A DNA stretch of 64,000 nt from Chiloscyllium plagiosum (taxonomy: Eukaryota): the NCBI RefSeq assembly GCF_004010195.1, contig NC_057749.1, positions 7,877,901-7,941,900 of the forward strand, read 5' to 3'. Each line of letters opens with the position of its first letter. Positions within the stretch are counted from its first letter, which is position 1. Below, piece after piece: positions 1 to 12,645 of the stretch. Below the pieces are notes generated by a model, which saw only the letters and a program-made list of their open reading frames with translations, did not search any database and had not been told where the DNA came from. The position numbers were made by a program, and so were the translations under genes.

Positions 1-55
1 GGCATGGACGAGTTGGACTGAAGGGTCTGTTTCTATGCTGTACATCTCTGTGACT
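1..55 (+). mobile_element. CR1 (HER1-like) LINE extreme 3' end
   Basis: ggcatggacgagttggactgaagggtctgtttctatgctgtacatctctgtgact matches the tail of the CR1 copy ending at ~42175. Confidence 0.85.
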
Positions 56-56
56 G

Positions 57-127
57 TATATTAAGAAAAGGTTAGGGTCGAGACTATCTCCTAAATATTT
101 TGAGGGGGTTTGGTCTGTTCCATAACA
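57..127. mobile_element. LTR terminal fragment, same family as 39107-39707
   Basis: Ends ...gtttggtctgttccataaca; resembles the reverse complement of 39107-39175 (tgttatggaccagaccaaac...). Confidence 0.6.
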
Positions 128-821
128 CACTGCACCTCAAAAGCCCTTCAAACCATCTATTATTTTAATACTCCAGCTTCTGTTCCAGCACACTTGCCAT
201 CATTGAATGTTACTCCGCGATGGCGGGCAATGCTTGGGAAATTAGTCCAAAAGGAAAAAAGTATTTTGCATTAAAAATATTGCTTGGCATATTTAGGAAT
301 GACATCCTGGTGTAGTCTGAGTAACAGATGCTGAGATTGGTTTGAACACAACACTCCCAGCATCTTAATTCCATATGAATAACTTAATTTTAAATAACTG
401 AAAATTATTTTTATCATTCCATACAGAACTGTTGACTGGATTAAGTGATGCATGGTGCTCAAGCTTCTAAACAAACATAAAAATATGTTAAAAGGTTTCA
501 GAAGGTGCCTGTTCATGTCTCTGCGCCAAAGCAGGGTTAATTAATCTTTGCAGCTTAATCAGCACAATAGAGGGACACTTGTTAGTTAGATCTTCCGCAC
601 AGATGTTTAAGCAGTGCAAGTCTCTGGTGCAACATAAATAAGCACAAATAAAGGTTGAAATTTGTGATATTTTACTCTGGTTTGGCCAAATGTAGGCAAA
701 TGGCAACACGACAAGGTTCCTGTCAGCTCTCAAGGTGAACTGATGACAGGGTTAGAGACTCACACAGGTAGGAGCTGCATTTGTGTCATTGGCAATCTGC
801 TTCATCCTCTTCCATAGAATC

Positions 822-1190
822 CCTGCAGTGAGGAAACAGGCCAGTCGGCCCAATGGGTCCTCACTGACCCTCGGAAGAGCTTCCTGTCTCCCCTTCCCCC
901 ATGCCCCATGACTCACCCTCCAAACCTGTCCCTGTGACCTGACATTTCCCATGGCTAACTACACATCCTTGGATACTATGAGTAGTTTAGCCTGGCCAAT
1001 CTACTTAATGCACATCTTTGGAGTTAGAGAGAGCTTGGATTCTGTTATTCTCCAGCATTCTTTGTTTTTTGTCTTTTTTTTCGATGACATTAGCTACAGT
1101 GTAGAAACAAGCCATTCGGCCCAACAAGTCCACACCAACCCTCTGAAGTGTAACCCACCCAGACATATTTCCCTCTGACTAATACACCTA
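822..1190 (-). mobile_element. Two decayed HE1-type SINE 3' fragments
   Basis: cagtgaggaaacaggcc..., tttagcctggccaatctacttaatgcacatctttgga and cagtgtagaaacaagccattcggcccaacaagtccacacc align to full copies such as 54524-54841. Confidence 0.75.
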
Positions 1191-1195
1191 TTTTT

Positions 1196-1535
1196 GTTTC
1201 ATTCATTCACGGGATGAGGGTGTCGCTGCCTAGGCCAGCATTAATTGCCCATCTCCGAGGGCAGTTAAGAGTCAACCACATTGCTGTGGGTCTGGATTCG
1301 CAGATTGTCCAGACCAGGTAAGGATAGCAGTTTCCTTCCCCAAAGGGCATTAGTGACCCAGATGGGATGTCCCCCCAATAATCGACAATAGATTCAGGGT
1401 CGTCATCAGGTGCTCAATTCCAATTTTCTATCAAATTCAAATTCCACCATCTGCCAGGGCAGCATTCCAACCGGGATCCCCAGAACATTACCTGGATTAA
1501 TAGTCCAATGATAATACCACTTGACCATTGCCTCG
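1196..1535 (-). mobile_element. tRNA-derived SINE sharing its 3' tail with the RTE-X-like LINE
   Basis: Minus strand starts with tRNA-like gaggcaatggtcaagtggtattatcattggactattaatccagg and ends in the gggcaattaatgctggcctaggcagcgacaccctcatcccgtgaatgaat tail also seen at 13660, 20180 and 49345. Confidence 0.6.
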
Positions 1536-2814
1536 TGATGAAAGCAATCTTGAACACTTCAGGCTGTCATCTCGATAGAAGCCTTTCACTAATGGTGGGA
1601 AGGTTGGGATGCCACTGCTTCCATTGCCTCTTACTTTTTTTTTCAACACTCAGCAAGTAAACGCAGGATTGAAAAGAAATAATAATTTGAATTTATATAG
1701 TACTTTTCCCAACCTCTGCATTTCCAAAAGGGCTTTAAAGTTAATGAAGACTTTGACAATGTTGTGCTTACTATAATGTTGTATGTCTGGCCACCAATTT
1801 AATCACGTTTAAAAAAGTCACAAATAGCAATGATTAGATAAATCTGTCTTTCAGGTTTTGTTTCAAAGTAAATTCTAGCTGGGAGCTTTTCTATTTTTCA
1901 TTCAGTGATTAGACTCTGCTATATCCAGCTGACATAACAAGTAGTCACTGGAAGAAATTCCAATTCTGTCTCATATCGTCATCATTTCCAGGGGCTGGAG
2001 AGCTCTTAGCAGTTCAGACTAACGGTGTTTAAAGTTATTTGAATGCTATTCAAATTCTTCCTTGCTGTTTTTACAGTTGCTGACACACTTGCAGCTCTAA
2101 ATATCCTCATTATTTCCACTGCACACGTCTGACACCATCCCTCATTTGTGTTTTATTATCTACCCCACCCAAGGTGAAAGCAGAGGTGATGCACATAATT
2201 GAGTAGTATACAAATGCATTTCTCAAAAAGCCAAATTATTGAGAGAAAGTCATTGATGATGATTTGCTTTTAGATATACAAAAAGGATTCTACAACACTC
2301 CTTGTGTCTTAGGGCTTTGGGCCGAGATTTCTTTTAGTTGGCAGATACAAAGTTCTTATCTACTTTTGTACAATACAAGCTAGAATTTAGAATGAAAGGA
2401 ACAGATAGTGGTGCCCAGCTCCTCTGAAGGGATTTAATTTATGCACAGTTTATTAAAATGTATTCATTTTGTGGGATGTGGGGATCATTGGCTGGGCCAG
2501 CATTTATTGCCCATCCCTAGTTACTCTTGAGAAGGTGATGGTGAGCTGCCTTCTTGAACCACTGGAGTCCACTTTGCAGGCAATCCTGTTGTTCCTTTAA
2601 AATGCCATTAGCTTTGCTAGTCTTTTCAGCTTTATTAGTTTTTTTTGTTATTTGTTATACACGTTGGAGCTGTATCTTGCTGGAGTGAGTGAGATGACAA
2701 TGAATGAGTTCCAGCTTTTTCTTACTCAGTAAATGACCAAGACTGGTTTCTTTCATACTTTGGGGTGGATATTCCAAGTAAAATCCTGATGTTTCTCGTT
2801 ATTCCAGGAAAAAA

Positions 2815-3300
2815 ATGGCCCTTCGGCCTATTGTGTCCAAGCCAGTCAGAAACAACCACCTCACTATTCTAATCCCGTTTACCAACAGCTGGCCCATTCC
2901 CTTGTATGTCTTGATATCGCATCTGAACATCTAAATATTTCTTCAATGTTCAGAGTGTTTTTGTCTCTGCCACCCTTATAGGCAGTGAGTTCCAGATTCT
3001 CACCACTATCTGGGTGAAAAAGCTTTTCCTCACATCCCTTATAACTTTCTGCTCCTTACTCTACCTCCCATCATGGAGAAAAGTTTCTTTCTGTCTACCC
3101 TTTCTATGCCTCTCATGATTTTCTGCAACTCAGTCGTGTCCCCTCTCAAACCCCTCATGCTCTAAGGAAAATAACCTCAGTTTGTCCAATCTTGCTTCAT
3201 AACTGATACTTTCCAGACCAGGCAACATCCTGGTAAATCTCCTCTGAACCCTCTTCAGTGCTATCACATCCCTCAAACAACGCAAATTCCAAAACTGCAC
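2815..3300 (-). mobile_element. Old CR1 LINE 3' fragment
   Basis: ccaggcaacatcctggtaaatctcctctgaacc and gagttccagattctcaccact are the reverse complement of the CR1 ORF2 C-terminus (VQRRFTRMLPG, VVRIWNSL). Confidence 0.75.
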
Positions 3301-3729
3301 ATTTCACCAATCCGCACTGCGCTTGTTGACCTACAATGGCTTCCATTCCAACAGGGCACAAGACTGTGCTAAGCAAAAGAGACAGTTTATTTCAGAGAAC
3401 GAAGTTTGATGTAGGAAACACAGGAATGGCCCTGCAGGGTGAGAGGCATGGTCAATGCAAGGTCAAGTTCGGTGTTGTATAAAGTTCAGACCAGTGCAAT
3501 GGTCCTGAATATGAAAGCTGCAAACTCGCAAATGGTGCAGCAGCAAAACGTTGCCAGCTTCTTGAAAGCCTTACTGACTGTTCCTGAACCCATGTTTTCT
3601 CCCTTTCTGTCAAGTATTAAAGATACTTCAGATTCTGAGATAGACATGGCGGATGTCGCTGCATTCACAGCTTTGCCACCAGAAGACGAAAATCAATTTT
3701 TTATGAGACTCTCCGGACACAAGTGGCTA

Positions 3730-6700
3730 GTTACCGAGCACTACTCGCTGCCTGTATCAGAGTTACAGAGCATTACACACCGCCTGTATCAGAGTTACAG
3801 AGTATAACATGCCGCCTGTATCAGAGTTACAATGCATTACATACCGCCTGTAACAGGGTTACAGAGCATTACATGCTGAGTGTATCAGAGTTACAATGCA
3901 TTATGCACCACCTGTATCAGAATTACAGAGTATTACATGCCACCATTATCAGAGTTCCAATGCGTTACTCGCCGCCTGTATCAGAGTTACAGTGCATTAC
4001 ACGCTACCTGTATCAGAGTTACAGAGCATTACTCACTGCCTGTATCAGAGTTACAATGCATTACTCACCACCTGTATCAGAGCTACAATGCATTACGCAC
4101 CGCCTGTATCAGAGTTACAATGCATTACATGCCCCCTGTATCAGAGTTACAGAGCATTACACGAAACTCTGATACACCTGGTGTGTAATGCTCTATAACT
4201 CTGATACAGGTGGCATGTAATGCACTGTAACTCTGATACAGGCAGCAAGTAATGCATTATAACTCTGGTACAGGCAGCATGTAATGCACTGTTACGCTTA
4301 TACAGGCAGAGTGTAATGCACTGGAACTCTGACAGGGGTGGTGTGTAATGCACTGTAATTCTGATACAGGTAGTTGTAATACTCTGTAACTCTCATACAG
4401 GCAGTGTGTCATGCTGGGTAACTCTGATATAGTCGTCATGTAATGCACTGTAATTCTGATACAGGCAGCGTGTAATGCTGTGTAACTCTGATACAGGTGG
4501 CATGTAATACGCTGTAACTCTGATACAGGCGGCATGTAATGCATTGTAACTTGGATACAGGCGGCATGTAATGCAGTATAACTCTGATACTGGTGGCATG
4601 TAATGCTCTGTAACTCTGATACAGGCAGCGAGTAATGCTCTGTAAATTTGATACAGGCAGCGTGTCATGCTGTGTAACTCTTTTACAGTCAGTGTGTAAT
4701 GCTCTGTAACTCTGATATGNNNNNNNNNNNNNNNNNNNNNNNNNNNNNNNNNNNNNNNNNNNNNNNNNNNNNNNNNNNNNNNNNNNNNNNNNNNNNNNNN
4801 NNNNNNNNNNNNNNNNNNNNNNNNNNNNNNNNNNNNNNNNNNNNNNNNNNNNNNNNNNNNNNNNNNNNNNNNNNNNNNNNNNNNNNNNNNNNNNNNNNNN
4901 NNNNNNNNNNNNNNNNNNNNNNNNNNNNNNNNNNNNNNNNNNNNNNNNNNNNNNNNNNNNNNNNNNNNNNNNNNNNNNNNNNNNNNNNNNNNNNNNNNNN
5001 NNNNNNNNNNNNNNNNNNNNNNNNNNNNNNNNNNNNNNNNNNNNNNNNNNNNNNNNNNNNNNNNNNNNNNNNNNNNNNNNNNNNNNNNNNNNNNNNNNNN
5101 NNNNNNNNNNNNNNNNNNNNNNNNNNNNNNNNNNNNNNNNNNNNNNNNNNNNNNNNNNNNNNNNNNNNNNNNNNNNNNNNNNNNNNNNNNNNNNNNNNNN
5201 NNNNNNNNNNNNNNNNNNNCATTACACCCTGCCGTATCAGAGTTACAGTGCGTTACACACTGCCTGTATCAGAGTTACAGAGCATTATAGGCCACCTGTA
5301 TCAGNNNNNNNNNNNNNNNGCCTGTATCAGTTTTGCAGAGCAGTACATACTGCCTGTATCAGAGTTACAGTGCATTACATGCTGCCTGTATCAGAGTTAT
5401 AGAGCATTACACACCACGTGTATCAGAGTTACAATGCATTACATGCCACCTGTATCAGAGCTACAGAGCATTACACGCTGCCTATATCAGAGTTACAATG
5501 CAAAAACGCCGCCTGTATCAGAGTTACTGTGCATTACACTCTGCCTGTATAAGAGTTACAGTGCATTACATGCCACCTTTATCAGCGTTACAAAGCATTA
5601 CACACTGCCTGTATCAGTTTTGCAGAGCAGTACATACTGCCTGTATCAGAGTTACAGTGCATTACACACCGCCTGTATCAGAGTTACTGAGCATTACAGG
5701 CCGCCCATATAAGACTTACAGTGCATTACATGCTGTCTGTATCAGAGTTATGGAGCATTACACATCACCTGTATCAGAGTTACAATGCATTACATGCCTC
5801 CTTTATCAGAGTTACAGAGCATTACACGCTGCCTATGTCAGAGTTACAGTGCAATAAACACCGCCTGTATCAGAGTTACAGAGCATTACTCGCCACCAGT
5901 ATCAGAGTTACAATGCTTTACTCGCCGCATGTATCAGAGTTACAATGCATTACATGCCGCCTGTATCAGAGTTACAAAGCATTACACACCGCCTGTATCA
6001 GAGTTACAGAGCATTACATGTTGCCTGTATGAGAGTTACAGCACATTACACACCACCTGTATCTGAGTTACAATGCATTACATGCTGCCTGTATCTGAGT
6101 TACAGTGCATTACACGCCACCCATATCAGAGTTACAGAGCAATACATGCCACCTGTATCAGAGTTACAGAGCATTACATGTTGCCTGTATGAGAGTTACA
6201 GCACATTACACGCCACCTGTATCAGAGTTACAATGCATTACACGCTGCCTGTATCTGAGTTACAGTGCATTACACTCTGCCCGTATCAGAGTTACAGAGC
6301 AGTACATGCCACCTGTATCAGAGTTACAGAGCATTACATGTTGCCTGTATGAGAGTTACAGCACATTACACGCCGCCTGTTTCAGAGTTGCAGTGCATTA
6401 CATGCCGCCTGTATCAGATTTACAGAGCCTTACTTACTGCCTCTATCAGAGTTACAGTATATTACACGCTGCCTGTATCAGAGTTACAATGCATTACATG
6501 CCGCCCGTATCAGAGTTACAGAGTAGTACACGCCACCTGTATCAGAGTTACAGAGCATTACATGTTGCCTGTATCAGAGTTACAGTGCATTACATGCCAC
6601 CTGTATCAGAGTTACAGAGCCTTCCTCACTTCCTATATCAGAGTTACAGTGTATTACTCACTGCCTGTATCAGAGTTACAATGCATTACATGCCGCCCGT

Positions 6701-7983
6701 ATCAGAGTTACAGAGCAGTACACGCCACCTGTATCAGAGTTACAGAGCATTACATGTTGCCTGTATGAGAGTTACAGCACATTACAGGCCGCCTGTATCA
6801 GATTTACAATGCATTACACACTGCCTGTATCAGAGTTACAGTGCATTACACGCTGCATGTATCAGAGTTACAGACTATTACACACCACCTGTATCAGATT
6901 TATAGTGCATTACACACTGCCTGTATCAGAGTTACAGTGCATTACACGCCACCTGTATCAGTTACAGAGCCTTACACGCTACCTATGTCAGAGTTAAAGA
7001 GCATTACACGCTGCCTGTATCAGAGTTACAGAGCATTATTCGCTGCTTGTATCAGAGTTACAGTGTATTACACGCTGCCTGTATCAGAGTTACAGAGCAT
7101 TACTCGCTGCTTGTATCAGAGTTACAATGCATTACACGCCACCTGTACCAGAGTTACAGAGCCTTACTTACTGCCTGTATCAGAGTTACAGTGTATTACA
7201 CGCTGCCTGTATCAGAGTTACAATCCATTACATGCCGCCCGTATCAGAGTTACAGAGCAGTACATGCCACCTGTATCAGAGTTACAGAGCATTACATGTT
7301 GCCTGTATGAGAGTTACAGCACATTACACACTGCATGTATCAGAGTTACAGACCATTACACGCCACCTGTATCCGAGTTACAGTGTATTACATGCTGCCT
7401 GTATCAGAGTTACAGTGCATTACTCATCGCCTGTATCAGAGTTACAGCGCATTACTCGCCACCTGTATCAGAGTTACAGAGCATTACACGCCACCTGTAT
7501 CAGAGTTACAGTGCATTACACACCGCCTGTATCAGAGTTACAGCACATTACACGCCGCCTGTATCACAGTTACAGAGCCTTACTCACTGCCTATATCATA
7601 GTTACAGTGTATTACTCACTGCCTGTATCAGAGTTACAATGCATTACATGCCGCCGGTATCAGAGTTACAGAGCAGTACACGTCACCTGTATCAGAGTTA
7701 CAGAGCATTACATGTTGCCTGTATGAGAGTTACAGCACATTACACACTGCATGTATCAGAGTTACAAGACCATTACACGCCACCTGTATCAGAGTTACAG
7801 TGTATTACATGCTGCCTGTATCAGAGTTACAGTGCATTACTCACCGCCTGTATCAGAGTTACAGCGCATTACTCGCCACCTGTATGAGAGTTACAGTGCA
7901 ATACACGCCACCTGTAGCAGAGTTACAGAGCATTACACACCACCTGTATCAGAGTTATAATGTATTACACACTGCCTGTGTCA
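3730..7983. repeat. 32-bp tandem satellite (consensus ~gcctgtatcagagttacagagcattacacacc)
   Basis: cctgtatcag recurs at 3751, 3783 and onward (period 32). Forward at 3730-4163, reverse at ~4165-4719, forward again at 5220-7983. Confidence 0.97.
4720..5219. other. Assembly gap (500 N); a 15-N gap also lies at 5305-5319
   Basis: Run of N. Confidence 1.
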
Positions 7984-8694
7984 GCGTTGGAGGAACCTGA
8001 CCCAGTGCCAAAACACCCCAGGAGGCTTTGTGAGGGAAATTGAACGTTTAATTCTCGTAACGATGTTTTACATTTAGAAGACAATCTAATTCTCTGTTCT
8101 AATGCAGTGTGTGGAGAAAGTTGCTTAAAAATCTTGTCGTTTAGCACTTTATCACTTTTAACATCTAACCTACCGTTCCCCATTACATTATGTGCCTATT
8201 TAGTTTCATCAATGTTACCATGTATGTCTCTCACATGATCGTGTTACTATCTGAACTCAAACCAGTTATTCAGGATAGTTACTGCATGACCTTAATTTCA
8301 CCCAGGGTAAGTCCTCAAGCTTTTTGTCTCAAATGAAATGTGCGATAGTTTCGTTTAATTATCGATATCGGTATAGTTTTTCTCTTTCTCACTTATTTAA
8401 CCATTGAAATGTAATTTGTTCTGCAATCATTGTGGGTGTAATGTATGCTCAGTAAATGTCCAGCTTGTCCAAGGCTGCTTATTGTACACAGTCTTGCCTC
8501 TAGAAAAGCAAGGTGTGGTTTTGAACTCATTATCAGAAAGGTAATTGTGTTGGAGCAGATGGCAGCAGAGTTGATACTCAAGATCATTCCTTTTCTTTTT
8601 TTTCCATTCTTTCATGCCTCCTCTATTTCCTTCTCCTCTTCTGTCTTCTCTGATTCATGGGTTCAAACACCTAGCCCTGGCTGAACAGCAGCAA

Positions 8695-10450
8695 CCTGGA
8701 GTGCAGAGAGTGGGGATCTTTGACCTGGAACTGGGACACTGGTGACCATTGGTTTGAAGCACAGACACCAGCGACCATTGGCCCGGAGCGGGGATAGTGA
8801 GGACCATCAGCCCAGAGCGGGAATAGTGGACACCATCGGCCCGGAGTGGGAATAGTGGACACCATCGGCCCGGAGCGGGGATAGTGGGGACCATCAGGGT
8901 GTAGCGGGGATAGTGGGGACCAACGGCCCGGAGCGGGGATAGTGGGGACCATCGGCCCGGAGCAGGGATAGTGGGGACCATCGGGGTGTAGCGGGGATAG
9001 TGGGGACCATCAGCCCGGAGCGGGGATAGTGGGGACCATCNNNNNNNNNNNNNNNNNNNNNNNNNNNNNNNNNNNNNNNNNNNNNNNNNNNNNNNNNNNN
9101 NNNNNNNNNNNNNNNNNNNNNNNNNNNNNNNNNNNNNNNNNNNNNNNNNNNNNNNNNNNNNNNNNNNNNNNNNNNNNNNNNNNNNNNNNNNNNNNNNNNN
9201 NNNNNNNNNNNNNNNNNNNNNNNNNNNNNNNNNNNNNNNNNNNNNNNNNNNNNNNNNNNNNNNNNNNNNNNNNNNNNNNNNNNNNNNNNNNNNNNNNNNN
9301 NNNNNNNNNNNNNNNNNNNNNNNNNNNNNNNNNNNNNNNNNNNNNNNNNNNNNNNNNNNNNNNNNNNNNNNNNNNNNNNNNNNNNNNNNNNNNNNNNNNN
9401 NNNNNNNNNNNNNNNNNNNNNNNNNNNNNNNNNNNNNNNNNNNNNNNNNNNNNNNNNNNNNNNNNNNNNNNNNNNNNNNNNNNNNNNNNNNNNNNNNNNN
9501 NNNNNNNNNNNNNNNNNNNNNNNNNNNNNNNNNNNNNNNNNNNNNNNNNNNNNNNNNNNNNNNNNNNNNNNNNNNNNNNNNNNNNNNNNNNNNNNNNNNN
9601 NNNNNNNNNNNNNNNNNNNNNNNNNNNNNNNNNNNNNNNNNNNNNNNNNNNNNNNNNNNNNNNNNNNNNNNNNNNNNNNNNNNNNNNNNNNNNNNNNNNN
9701 NNNNNNNNNNNNNNNNNNNNNNNNNNNNNNNNNNNNNNNNNNNNNNNNNNNNNNNNNNNNNNNNNNNNNNNNNNNNNNNNNNNNNNNNNNNNNNNNNNNN
9801 NNNNNNNNNNNNNNNNNNNNNNNNNNNNNNNNNNNNNNNNNNNNNNNNNNNNNNNNNNNNNNNNNNNNNNNNNNNNNNNNNNNNNNNNNNNGGAGCGGGG
9901 TTAGTGGGGACCATCAGCCTGGAGCGGGGTTAGTGGGGACCATCAGCCTGGAGCGGGGTTAGTGGGGACCATCAGCCTGGAGCGGGGTTAGTGGGGACCA
10001 TCAGCCTGGAGCGGGGTTAGTGGGGACCATCAGCCTGGAGCGGGGTTAGTGGGGACCATCAGCCCGGAGCGGGGTTAGTGGGGACCATCAGCCCGGAGCG
10101 GGGTTAGTGGGGACCATCAGCCTGGAGCGGGGTTAGTGGGGAGCATCAGCCCGGAGCGGGGTTAGTGGGGACCATCAGCCCGGAGCGGGGATAGTGGGGA
10201 CCATCAGCCCGGAGCGGGGATAGTGGGGACCATCAGCCTGGAGCGGGGATAGTGGGGACCATCAGCCTGGAGCGGGGATAGTGGGGACCATCAGCCCGGA
10301 GCGGGGTTAGTGGGGACCATCAGCCCGGAGCGGGGATAGTGGGGACCATCAGCCTGGAGCGGGGATAGAGGGGACCATCAGCCTGGAGCGGGGTTAGTGG
10401 GGAGCATCGGGCTGGAGTGTGGATAGCAGGCACCATCGCGCCCGGAGTGG
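8695..10450 (+). repeat. 29-bp G-rich minisatellite (ggagcggggWtagtggggaccatcagccY)
   Basis: Units start at 9892, 9921 and onward (period 29); degenerate units at both edges. Confidence 0.96.
9041..9891. other. Assembly gap (851 N) inside the minisatellite
   Basis: Run of N. Confidence 1.
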
Positions 10451-11924
10451 AGCATGATGTCAGACCACGTAGCGATCCCCTGCCCCAGTCTGCTGCGGAC
10501 AGCATTTGGAGAGAGACTGTGATGTTTATCTCTGTAACTTTGTTTTTTTTTTTTTCTGGCATATGGTTACACTGGGTCTAGCTGTCATGTGACTCTTTTC
10601 TTCTTCATTTCTCTGTTCTGTAACTAAAGTATGTACCTCGGCACTCTGTACCGACAATGCCACCATGTCTTGGTAACACTGTTACGCTATAACTAATCTG
10701 TAACTGAAGAAGCTGTCCCGAAGTATTCTGTACCTAAGATGGTGCTCTAAGTGGCGACTTAACAACCTTTCCATGTACTCATTTGATTACATGTGACAAT
10801 AAAGCAAATTCTAATTCTAATTCAATCTAGAATTTCAGTGGATGAACGCTATTATGTTGCAGTGTGACTCTTAGAATGGGGATATGAAACTGAGGGTCCC
10901 TGCTGCTGGTTTTAACAGAAGTTGAATATCTAGCTGTAGCTGTTCAGTATCTTGACCAATATTATTCCTTCAACCTCAAGCACCAAACCAAATTACCTGG
11001 ACCATTAATATCATCGTAGAATCCTCATGTGTCATAGGTCTCCTGGATTTACCAAGTATAGTTTGGGATTATGTTCGATATGGACTGGTTGGACCAAAGG
11101 GTGTGTTTCAGTGTTGTATGGCTCTGTGACTCTCTGCCATTTGCAGCACTGAATGCAGCTCCGGGTCTGTGAAAAGTTTGAAAACTTGCCTTTTCCTTCA
11201 CCACACCAAATCGACCTGCGTCACCTCCTACCCTGCCTGGGAATTAATGAGACTCAACACACATTAAATCAGCACCTTTTTATTAGTACAACGGGTTTAA
11301 GATAGCATGCAGCACCGACTGGGCTGCGAAATGAGCGTTTTAGCCACTACTTGTCTTCACCTGCAGATTAATCTTTAATGGGCTTGTTAAACAAAAACAA
11401 GTCAGCTACTTCCTCATGCATTGCTGGTACATCCATTAATAATTTAAGAAGACTGGGTATAACTGCAAGTTACGATTACCCTATGTTAACAAAAATCTCT
11501 GGAAGGAACAAGCCCAACCTGCACGTCTATTTTATTACTTATGAAATTTGACTTATTTATTGCATATAATTAACCCTGTGGGGGTTAATGCAGAACTTCC
11601 CTAGCAAAGCAGAAGCTCTTTATTCGGAGAATACTCAGTGGCATTCTGTAATTCTGAATTAGATTATTTCATCAAATATCGGAGTTAAAGAAAAATTCTC
11701 ATATCTAGTATGGGACAACAGGTATACTCACAATTCTGAAACTATAAACGATGTGTCAAGTGACGTGGTTGGAATATTTGCAGGTATTCTGTTCATTCAT
11801 TGTTGATGGTCAATTTTGTGTTTTTTCCAATGCTTTGATCTTGTGTCTCTGGGAAAAAAAATAGTTTACATGAGCATGCAAGGGGGTGAGGGGGTGAGTT
11901 TAATCCAGATAAATTTATTAGGGC

Positions 11925-12645
11925 AAATCAGGGTAGGACATATACAATTGTTGATAAGGTCCTGAGGAGTGTTGTTGAACAAAGAGACCTTGGAGTCCAG
12001 GTTCATAGTTCCTTGAAAGTGGAGTCGCAGGTAGATAGGATAGTGAAGAATGCGTTTGATAGGCTTGATTTTATTGATCAGTACATTCAATATGGGTGTT
12101 AGGAGGTCATGCTGCGGCTGTACAGGACATCAGTTAGGCCACTTTTGGAATATTGTGTTCAATTCTGGTCTCCCTGTTACAGGAAAGATGTTGTGAAACT
12201 TGAAAAGGTTCAGAAAAGATTTACAAGGATGTTATCAGGGTTGGAGTGTTTGAGCTATGGGAGAGATTGAATAGGCTGGGGCTTTTTGCCTGGACTGTCA
12301 GAGGCTGAGCATTGACCTTATAGAGGTTTATAAAATCATGAGGGGTGTGGATAAGGTGAATAGTCAGGTCTTTATGCCAGGGTAGGTGAGTCCAAAACTA
12401 GAGGTTTAAGGTCAGAGGGGAAAGATTTAAAAGAGACCTAAAGGGCAACCTTTTCACACAGAGGGTGGTACGTGTATGGAATGAACTGCCAGAGGAAGTG
12501 GTGGAGGCTGGTACAATTACAACATTTAAAAGGCATCTGGATGGGTATATGAATGGGAAGGATTTGGAGGGATATGGGTCAAGTGCTGGCGAATGGGACA
12601 AGATTAATTTAGCATATCTGGTTGGCATGGACAAGTTGGACTGAA
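11925..12645 (+). mobile_element. CR1 (HER1-like) LINE, 5'-truncated
   Basis: Collinear with 41400-42140 (EQRDLGVQVH..., VVRVWNELPEEVVEAG). Confidence 0.93.

Noticed and set aside
3723..8000. Long overlapping ORFs (up to 348 aa, HYTPPVSELQSITRCLYQSY...)
   Set aside because: Translation of a stop-poor 32-bp satellite; the same peptide cycles through all three frames
8655..9914. 419-aa and 291-aa ORFs (also 4689-5712)
   Set aside because: Mostly N-gap plus minisatellite translation
9892..10400. ggggttag as an interstitial telomere
   Set aside because: No tandem TTAGGG; the motif is a variant within the 29-bp unit
3730..10450. Regular ~30-bp repeats suggestive of CRISPR arrays
   Set aside because: Units are contiguous with no unique spacers, there are no cas genes and the context is vertebrate
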